NCBI RefSeq assembly: GCF_006345805.1
Contig: NW_021834956.1
Span: 1-43,053, forward strand
Length of the DNA stretch: 43,053 bases
DNA from: Octopus sinensis
Taxonomy: Eukaryota
Direction: 5' to 3'
Part shown: piece after piece, positions 12,796 through 20,700 of the stretch
Position numbering within the stretch: position 1 is the stretch's first letter
Layout of the letters: each line of letters opens with the position of its first letter
The notes under the pieces: model-generated
What the model saw: the letters and a program-made list of their open reading frames with translations, nothing else
What the model was told of the DNA's origin: nothing
The model's database searches: none
Program-made: the position numbers and the translations under genes

Positions 12796-12844
<49 letters not shown>

Positions 12845-12886
12845 ATATATATATATTATTTATATATATATATATGTATATATATG

Positions 12887-12918
<32 letters not shown>

Positions 12919-12929
12919 CGTATATGTTA

Positions 12930-12965
<36 letters not shown>

Positions 12966-14439
12966 GGGTGGAAATAAATATTCGTAATGTCAAATTCTTT
13001 CTTTATTTAATTTCTAATGAACATAAATGGGATATACCACTATTATATATTTGCATACACATGCATAAACTAACGAATATGCAAAAGAAACTAATAAATT
13101 ATAGTAACTAAGGAATTTATATACAATTATAAATATTTAGGGGTGAAAAAGTATTCGTACAGAATATAAAGAACTGATAATTCTGATTTAATACTTCGTA
13201 GCATAACCATTATTCAGTTCCACTTCAACCAATATCTTCTTGTAGTTCTTCACCAATGACTCGCATGTTTCTTTAGGATTTTTTTCCTATTCTTCTTGAC
13301 AAATTTTCTTCAAATCTGTAATGCATGTTGGGGCTCTTGAATTTCAGTTTTCAAATAACGCCACAAATTTCCAATGGGGTTCAAGTCAGGTGACAGGCTT
13401 GGCCATTACAATAATTTTATATTGTGATTGACAATCCATATTTGGTAGACTTCACCGTGTGCTTAGGGCCGTTACCCTATTGTAAAACCCACCCTTCACA
13501 AAGCTGGAGCTTTTCACAGAGTCCCATAAATTATTGTTCAAAATATTTTGGTACATCTCTGCATTCATTCTACCATCTATCACATGTAAATTGCCAGTAC
13601 CATTTGCAGAGAAACCCCCCACACCCTCCAATCTTTACGGTAGGTTGTGTTTTTACTCCAAACATGGGTAAGCGAATTTCGTCCAAACAATTCAATTTTC
13701 GTCTCGTCTGTCCATAGAACATTTTCCCAGAATGTATCAGATTTATCTTTATGTTCATAACAAATTTTAAACGGGCATCTCTATGCCTTTTAGTCAACAG
13801 AGGAGTTTTTCTAGGAGAGCGTAACTTCAGTTCATTCCTATGAAAACTCCTTTCTGGTGATTATTGCGTTTTTTTCCGATTCTTCTCTTCATTTTTCTTA
13901 AAGATCTTGGGGAAATCTTGCGTGGTGCTCCGGATCTTATTCTGTTTTCAACAGTTCCCGATTCCTTATATCTTTGAATAATGAAGATATGGTAGTAAGC
14001 GGAATACAAAGTGTCTCTGATATTTTCCTGTAACTTTTACCTACTTTCTACAGTTCAATAATTAAGTTTTTCACTGAATTTGTGAGTTCTTTACTTTCGC
14101 CATTATTGCGATATTACTTTATGTTGTCTCAGTGCTGAATGAAGAAGCTAGTGTTTTGACACTCAAAAATGAAAACTGATAAGATTATTGGAATAAACAA
14201 GAATTTCTAGTAAAAAAAATTTTAACAGTATTTTGTGGCATAGAAAATCATACATTTATTCTGTACGAATACTTTTTTCACCCTAAATATTTATGATGTA
14301 TATAAATTCATTAGTTACTATAATTTATTAGTTTCTTTTGCATATTCTTAGTTTATGCATATGTAAGTGAATATAGTATTGGTATATCCCATTTATGTTC
14401 ATTAGAAATTAAATAAAGATTTTGACAGACGAATATGTA

Positions 14440-14502
<63 letters not shown>

Positions 14503-14506
14503 ATAT

Positions 14507-14570
<64 letters not shown>

Positions 14571-15247
14571 TACATGTATGTATCTATGTATGCATGTAAA
14601 TACATATATATGTATTATTCATGTATGTACACTAATTGTATGTGTTTGTAGGCGATTTTCTCAGGATAGCTCACATGGACATGGCTGGCTGGGACAGAGA
14701 AGACAGAGGAATAATCTGTTGGTAGAGAGATAAATTCCATCACTTCACTATTTACTTCTACATTTTCTCATTGGTCCCAAATCTTTAAAATAGGGAACTG
14801 AGAGAGGTGGGTTGGGATTTTAGGAGAGGTATAACAGTCAACGCAACCAATCATTTGAATGTAATCAAAATAGTGTTCTTTCTTTAATTAGCTTAACAAC
14901 TGCATATTTTTTATTGTTCTTCTTACTGCTGTTGTCTAACCTTTCCTTAAGCCACTAAGACAGTATAATGTATCAGTAGAATGAAAACAATATAAACATA
15001 TAAACACGGTTATATACAAAACAGAAAATGTAATGGTTTATCTTGTCATTGCCAGTGAATACTTACTGCGTTGGTCGGAATAACATATTTAACGTCTTTT
15101 TTAAATTTTCCTTTTTTATTAGGTCCAATGGTGTTCTGCCAATTTTGTTTTTACAGTAAAAGTTGGCCCCGTGGTGGGCTAGGTAGCTGGCAACTACCAC
15201 ACCAGAGCACCTTTTCTCGTCGTTTCCCAGTTTCAGCTCTACGCAGA
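4423..15247 (-). CDS. 3' part of a spliced Mind bomb-like gene: last ankyrin-type repeat + RING-HC + death domain (exons 15247-15067, 11033-10891, 9047-8997, 6614-6543, 4622-4423)
   Basis: All five exons have AG/GT boundaries with matching phases (2,1,1,1) and splice to a 214-aa stop-free frame: [214 protein letters not shown]. Domain calls are by motif recognition. Confidence 0.85.
4985..5700 (-). mobile_element. RTE-type LINE 3' fragment, decayed, in the last intron
   Basis: Frameshifted pieces [45 protein letters not shown]. The 5' boundary is approximate. Confidence 0.8.
5765..5903. repeat. Near-perfect hairpin: 65/66-bp arms, 8-nt loop GAGCGAAA
   Basis: Arm 5765-5829 is the reverse complement of 5838-5903 with 2 mismatches and one 1-nt bulge. 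Confidence 0.95.
6000..6103. repeat. 2 x 52-bp tandem repeat containing TTGACCAATCAGA
   Basis: 6000-6051 and 6052-6103 differ at 3 positions. Confidence 0.95.
6543..6614 (-). CDS. Exon: 72-bp phase 1-1, first helices of the death domain ([23 protein letters not shown])
   Basis: ttatttcag|gg...gtag|gtgagt. The L..VA..LG.DW..V/LA..LG pattern is completed by the next exon. Confidence 0.85.
7150..7845 (-). mobile_element. Non-LTR retrotransposon RT fragment (R2/NeSL-like, RLE group), decayed
   Basis: [34 protein letters not shown]...FKMRF...[18 protein letters not shown] matches RT motifs ending at a degenerate (F/Y)xDD region. Confidence 0.85.
7848..8303 (-). mobile_element. tRNA-derived SINE, same family as 51-483
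   Basis: Colinear similarity to 51-483, including the internal (TA)n. Confidence 0.85.
8747..8965 (+). mobile_element. Second tRNA-derived SINE family; insertion flanked by a TTAGGTACA duplication (8679-8687, 8972-8980)
   Basis: A-box-like GGCTTAATGGTT and B-box-like GTTTCGATTCC, then TTCTTGAGCAAAACACTT. The paralogous intron at 6511-6543 lacks the insert. Confidence 0.7.
8997..9047 (-). CDS. Exon: 51-bp phase 1-1 linker ([17 protein letters not shown])
   Basis: tatttttcag|tt...gttg|gtgagt; open and frame-preserving between the RING and death-domain exons. Confidence 0.7.
9480..10040. mobile_element. Penelope-like relic: ~120-bp inverted arms (9541-9660, 9913-10037) around a spacer with a hammerhead-like core
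   Basis: The arms are near-exact reverse complements. The minus strand has CTGATGAG-GTCAC-aggagt-GTGAT-GAAA at 9696-9669. Microsatellites flank both ends. Confidence 0.6.
10891..11033 (-). CDS. Exon: RING-HC finger (C-x2-C-x11-C-x-H-x3-C-x2-C-x8-C-x2-C)
   Basis: 143 bp, ttcctcag|atgt...ttgg|gtaag. All eight Zn ligands are present, with MIB/IAP-type CxHxxxC spacing. Confidence 0.9.
11105..12568. repeat. Dispersed duplicate of a ~260-bp intronic segment (11105-11365 and 12312-12568)
   Basis: Shared tttacagtagagaatattatgcgacaccacaattaaac ... cagaaatataattcac. Confidence 0.92.
11470..11715 (+). mobile_element. RTE-type LINE 3' end inside a (TACA)n tract
   Basis: [40 protein letters not shown] is a typical RTE ORF C-terminus, followed by a short 3' UTR running into microsatellite. 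Confidence 0.88.
12590..12800 (+). mobile_element. Penelope-like solo terminal repeat with hammerhead-like motif, between (TA)n tracts
   Basis: CTGTAGAA-GAGC-gaag-GCTC-GAAACGTA at 12706-12733; ends ctctccc(TA)n; homologous to 42966-43053 on the minus strand. Confidence 0.6.
12961..14436 (-). mobile_element. Tc1/mariner transposon relic with ~200-230-bp terminal inverted repeats
   Basis: The left TIR (~12961-13190) is the reverse complement of ~14255-14436. TA at the left end; decayed transposase inside. Confidence 0.95.
13188..14103 (-). pseudogene. Tc1 transposase pseudogene
   Basis: Pieces [61 protein letters not shown] and GYATKY*, with multiple stops, frameshifts and internal deletions. 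Confidence 0.93.
15067..15247 (-). CDS. Exon: terminal ankyrin-type repeat ([25 protein letters not shown])
   Basis: 181 bp, tttgtag|tc...acgca|gtaagt. Resembles the last ankyrin segment of Mind bomb proteins (IACFLAANGADL..RNKKGQSPLDL, from memory). Confidence 0.85.
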
Positions 15248-15391
15248 CTACAAATGATGAAATATAAAATGATGAGTTAAAGATTACACAAACATATACT
15301 AAAGATGCCCCAAATTAAACAACAGTTCAACTACATTTACACATAGTTTGTTTCCCCAGTGATTAAACTATTCACAGAGTTGATTTCTTAC

Positions 15392-15444
15392 ATCATCTCT
15401 TAGTTGAGTCCACTTTTCATTATCATTTGTTTTTACTTTACGTT
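15392..15444 (-). CDS. Candidate upstream exon (ERKVKTNDNEKWTQLRDD), 53 bp, one base short of phase compatibility
   Basis: ttttgtcttaatgtag|aa...gatgat|gtaaga, open frame. It ends in phase 0 but the next exon needs phase 1. Confidence 0.5.
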
Positions 15445-15889
15445 CTACATTAAGACAAAAATTATGATCATTATATTGAACAAAACACACATTAGTGGTC
15501 AACGTTATTGCTTAACAATGATATTTAATGAGTAAATATTTACTTGCCAATCACAAATGTCACAAACTATTCAATAAAAACACAATATAAAGTTATTATA
15601 ACATCAAGTCAAATATACAACGTATAAGGACAGAAATGTCTCAATAATGAAAGACAACAAACCAACAAGAACCTATCTCTACAACTGGCTTGATAGAGCC
15701 AAATGGCCATAGCAAGAGAAATACTTACGGAAGAGTATTGTATATATAAATATAACAACCCAAATATTGTAAGTTATACCAGAAAAGATAATACCAACAA
15801 CATAACAAGGCCCTCAAGCATAACAACTAAATTAAAAACACACAGACATATCTAAACAGATCAATAATGTTTCCTTAATTAAGTGGATT

Positions 15890-16115
15890 TGAAAGAAAAG
15901 CTGGATATATAAGGCATCGGATGTTGTGTGCGAGAGAGAAGACTGCGATGGTATTATTATGTAATGCATATGGATGAAGACAGCTGCATCAAGAAGTGCA
16001 GATCTTTAATTGTGGAAGGAAAGTGCGGAAGGGGTGGACCCAGGAAGACGTGTGATTAGTGGTGAAAAGACCATTAGACATTGGGCCGCACAGAGCAGAT
16101 GACAAAGGACTGAGT
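15890..16115 (+). mobile_element. RTE-type LINE ORF C-terminal fragment
   Basis: KLDI*GIGCCVRERRLRWY...MDEDSCIKKCRSLIVEGKCGRGGPRKT, decayed. Confidence 0.82.
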
Positions 16116-16614
16116 CATAGAAAGCACACGGAAACAGACATGGAGCCCTGATAGCTCCTCAGCTGGCCAGTTCATGTCAAAGAGTGCAACGTCTGCCAGC
16201 ATAGAAAAACGTGATGATGATGAATTAATAAAAAAATGTTTTGATGATGAATGTGACGAAAGAGAAGAACGAACTGGTGTCACGATTGAGTTTGTGCACC
16301 AACACATTATAGTTGATAAACTGTTCAAACTGTTTGTCGGATGGAAAATTCCAGTTGGTGGAGAGGTCACTGGTTTCTCACACCAAAGTAGACATTACTA
16401 CAATACACAGATAATCATCAACTGATTGAAGAAATAGTCCCACATATCTAGTGTCCTTTATTTATGCGGGTAGCAGGGAGTTGCTTGAATTCTGCAACGG
16501 TTAACAATAGTGATGGATAGATGTGAATGCCTTTGCATGATTTGTATATATATATATAAGTTTCAGCTCAGAGCTGCGGCCATGGTGATGCACCGCCGTT
16601 TTTATATATATTAT

Positions 16615-16673
<59 letters not shown>

Positions 16674-16770
16674 GTGTGTGTGTGTGTATATATTTTATAT
16701 TATATATCATAATATTATACATATATGTATATATATACATATATATATATATAATATATATATAATATAT

Positions 16771-17048
16771 ATCATCATCATCATCATCATCATCATCGTT
16801 TAACGTCCGCTTTCCCGCGCTAGCACGGGTTGGACGGTTTGACCGGGTCTGGGAAGCCAGGGGCCGCACCAGGCTCCAGTCTGAATCTGGCAGAGTTTCT
16901 ACGGCTGGATGCCCTTCCTAACGCCAACCACTCCGTGAGTGGATTGGGTGCTTTTTACGTGCCACCTGCACAGGGGCCGGAGGGTCCGGCATCGTCACGA
17001 TCGGTTCGAGCATTTTAACGTGTCAGCGGCACGGGGGCAACGAGGTCT
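16771..17048 (-). mobile_element. 3' part of a non-autonomous retroelement with (GAT)n tail, RTE-related
   Basis: The minus strand has GGTTGGCGTTAGGAAGGGCATCCAGCC...GCGGACGTTAAAC followed by (GAT)n. The family is recalled from octopus-type repeats. Confidence 0.7.
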
Positions 17049-17110
17049 GGGGTACTTTGGGGATCGGGTACTTTGGGGATCCAGGGTACTTTGGGGATCC
17101 GGGGTACTTA
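17049..17110. repeat. ~17-bp minisatellite (GGGTACTTTGGGGATCC) x ~3.5
   Basis: Read directly from the sequence. Confidence 0.9.
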
Positions 17111-17520
17111 GAATGGGTAGGGGGTATGTGGAATTGCTGCAGAAAGCAGCCCGGGTCTTTGTAGTCACAGCATTTATCGTCACTGAGTAACGTAATTAGG
17201 TAGAGGAAAGAAATACAGATATTCTAGAGTTGAGTTGGGGAGGGGGGGGGTCCAGTTGAGGCGGGTAATATAGGAGAGCAACCAGTGGGGAAGGTTGGGG
17301 TAAGGAGGAACGATGGCAGGAAGGGTTGGTGTAGGTTCCTAAAAATAAAAACGTAGGATATTACGAGGCGGGAGTACTAAAGGGGATGGTCGGAATGAGG
17401 CAGTGTCAGGAGGAGGAAGCGTAAATCGGTGGGCAGTTGATGAGCTATGGCGCTAGCAGCTTGTCTTTTCACAGTGAAAGCATATGAGGAGAAGGGGTAG
17501 TGGGGGGAGGAGGAGGGAGT

Positions 17521-17712
17521 AGGGCGTACCCGTTGTAGATGAGTAAGGCGTATCCGGTGTAGATGGTGAGAACAGGGTATACTGGTATTGGTGGTGGGGT
17601 GAGAACAGTGTTCCACCGATTGGTGGTGGTGGCGGTGAGAACAGTAATCACCGGTATTGGTGGTGGGGGTGAGAACATGTTCATCGGTATTGGTGGTGGG
17701 GGTGGGGGCGGG
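17521..17712. repeat. G-rich minisatellites: ~21-24-bp unit (GGCGTA..CG.TGTAGATG) x2 and ~33-bp unit (GGTATTGGTGGTGGGG..GAGAACA) x ~4
   Basis: Read directly from the sequence; abuts the satellite junction. Confidence 0.85.
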
Positions 17713-17717
17713 CGCAT

Positions 17718-20700
17718 CGCCAATGGCGGAAAGATGGGAAGAGATGGGATTACGGCTTGAGGTAGCCTAAGGTAAATTTTGTAGAGAGAGAGATAGGAAA
17801 GATAAATCAAGTTATGGCGAAGGCTTGAAAGTAGCCTAAAAGGTTAAATTTTCGTAACAATGTATGAATAAACGTAGTAACAACGAATAAAAATAGTAAG
17901 ATAAATTTTTAAAAACTTGCTGCGGGCATCGATCGGGAGTTGAAATTGAAGAAGAAAGTAAGTTGAATTGGGAATTTAAATTGTAGAATCGTAATGGTAA
18001 TGGCGATTTTCAAGTTTTAGCATAAGAAGAAGAAGAGGAGGAAAAAGACCGCCAATGGCGGAAAGATGGGAAGAGATGGGATTACGGCTTGAGGTAGCCT
18101 AAGGTTAAATTTTGTAGAGAGAGAGATAGGAAAGATAAATCAAGTTATGGCGAAGGCTTGAAAGTAGCCTAAAAGTTAAATTTTCGTAACAATGTATGAA
18201 TAAACGTAGTAACAACGAATAAAAATAGTAAGATAAATTTTTAAAAACTTGCTGCGGGCATCGATCGGGAGTTGAAATTGAAGAAGAAAGTAAGTTGAAT
18301 TGGGAATTTAAATTGTAGAATCGTAATGGTAATGGCGATTTTCAAGTTTTAGCATAAGAAGAAGAAGAGGAGGAAAAAGACCGCCAATGGCGGAAAGATG
18401 GGAAGAGATGGGATTACGGCTTGAGGTAGCCTAAGGTTAAATTTTGTAGAGAGAGAGATAGGAAAGATAAATCAAGTTATGGCGAAGGCTTGAAAGTAGC
18501 CTAAAAGTTTAAATTTTCGTAACAATGTATGAATAAACGTAGTAACAACGAATAAAATAGTAAGATAAATTTTTAAGAACTTGCTGCGGGCATCGATCGG
18601 GAGTTGAAATTGAAGAAGAAAGTAAGTTGAATTGGGAATTTAATTGTAGAATCGTAATGGTAATGGCGATTTTCAAGTTTTAGCATAAGAAGAAGAAGAG
18701 GAGGAAAAAGACCGCCAATGGCGGAAAGATGGGAAGAGATGGGATTACGGCTTGAGGTAGCCTAAGGTTAAATTTTGTAGAGAGAGAGATAGGAAAGATA
18801 AATCAAGTTATGGCGAAGGCTTGAAAGTAGCCTAAAAGTTTAAATTTTCGTAACAATGTATGAATAAACGTAGTAACAACGAATAAAAATAGTAAGATAA
18901 ATTTTTAAGAACTTGCTGCGGGCATCGATCGGAGTTGAAATTGAAGAAGAAAGTAAGTTGAATTGGGAATTTAAATTGTAGAATCGTAATGGTAATGGCG
19001 ATTTTCAAGTTTTAGCATAAGAAGAAGAAGAGGAGGAAAAGACCGCCAATGGCTGAAAGATGGGAAGAGATGGGATTACGGCTTGAGGTAGCCTAAGGTT
19101 AAATTTTGTAGAGAGAGAGATAGGAAAGATAAATCAAGTTATGGCGAAGGCTTGAAAGTAGCCTAAAAGGTTAAATTTTCGTAACAATGTATGAATAAAC
19201 GTAGTAACAACGAATAAAAATAGTAAGATAAATTTTTAAGAACTTGCTGCGGGCATCGATCGGGAGTTGAAATTGAAGAAGAAAGTAAGTTGAATTGGGA
19301 ATTTAAATTGTAGAATCGTAATGGTAATGGCGATTTTCAAGTTTTAGCATAAGAAGAAGAGGAGGAAAAAGACCGCCAATGGCTGAAAGATGGGAAGAGA
19401 TGGGATTACGGCTTGAGGTAGCCTAAGGTTAAATTTTGTAGAGAGAGAGATAGGAAAGATAAATCAAGTTATGGCGAAGGCTTGAAAGTAGCCTAAAAGG
19501 TTAAATTTTCGTAACAATGTATGAATAAACGTAGTAACAACGAATAAAAATAGTAAGATAAATTTTTAAGAACTTGCTGCGGGCATCGACCAGGAGTTGA
19601 AATTGAAGAAGAAAGTAAGTTGAATTGGGAATTTAAATTGTAGAATCGTAATGGTAATGGCGATTTTCAAGTTTTAGCATAAGAAGAAGAAGAGGAGGAA
19701 AAAGACCGCCAATGGCGGAAAGATGGGAAGAGATGGGATTACGGCTTGAGGTAGCCTAAGGTTAAATTTTGTAGAGAGAGAGATAGGAAAGATAAATCAA
19801 GTTATGGCGAAGGCTTGAAAGTAGCCTAAAAGGTTAAATTTTCGTAACAATGTATGAATAAACGTAGTAACAACGAATAAAAATAGTAAGATAAATTTTT
19901 AAAAACTTGCTGCGGGCATCGATCGAGAGTTGAAATTGAAGAAGAAAGTAAGTGAATTGGGAATTTAAATTGTAGAATCGTAATGGTAATGGCGATTTTC
20001 AAGTTTTAGCAAAAAGAAGAAGAGGAAAAACCCGCCAATGGCTGAAAGATGGGAAGAGATGGGATTACGGCTGGAGGTAGCCTAAGGTTAAATTTTGTAG
20101 AGAGAGAGATAGAAAGATAAATCAAGTTATGGCGAAGGCTTGAAAGTAGCCTAAAAGGTTAAATTTTCGTAACAATGTATGAATAAACGTAGTAACAACG
20201 AATAAAAATAGTAAGATAAATTTTTAAAAACTTGCTGCGGGCATCGATCGAGTTGAAATTGAAGAAGAAAGTAAGTTGAATTGGGAATTTAAATTGTAGA
20301 ATCGTAATGGTAATGGCGATTTTCAAGTTTTAGCATAAGAAGAAGAAGAGGAGGAAAAAGACCGCCAATGGCTGAAAGATGGGAAGAGATGGGATTACGG
20401 CTTGAGGTAGCCTAAGGTTAAATTTTGTAGAGAGAGAGATAGGAAAGATAAATCAAGTTATGGCGAAGGCTTGAAAGTAGCCTAAAAGGTTAAATTTTCG
20501 TAACAATGTATGAATAAACGTAGTAACAACGAATAAAAATAGTAATATAATTTTTAAGAACTTGCTGCGGGCATCGATCGGAGTTGAAATTGAAGAAGAA
20601 AGTAAGTTGAATTGGGAATTTAAATTGTAGAATCGTAATGGTAATGGCGATTTTCAAGTTTTAGCATAAGAAGAAGAAGAGGAAAAAGACCGCCAATGGC

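Larger units (their letters stand above)
2520..16797. repeat. Numerous (TA)n, (TACA)n, (CA)n and (CAT)n microsatellites (e.g. 2520-2612, 8080-8145, 11365-11465, 11715-11860, 12800-12960, 14437-14590, 16600-16797)
   Basis: Read directly from the sequence. Confidence 0.97.

Noticed and set aside
192-14733. ORFs rich in YI/CV/TH/MYV dipeptides
   Set aside because: They are translations of (TA)n, (TG)n and (TACA)n microsatellites.
15700-15870. Donor-like GTAAGT near 15728 as a further upstream exon
   Set aside because: All frames from the nearby acceptor hit stops before the donor.
17469-17810. Proline-rich 113-aa ORF at the array junction as a real gene
   Set aside because: It is built from G/C-rich minisatellites and starts inside the satellite; there is no domain or splice support.
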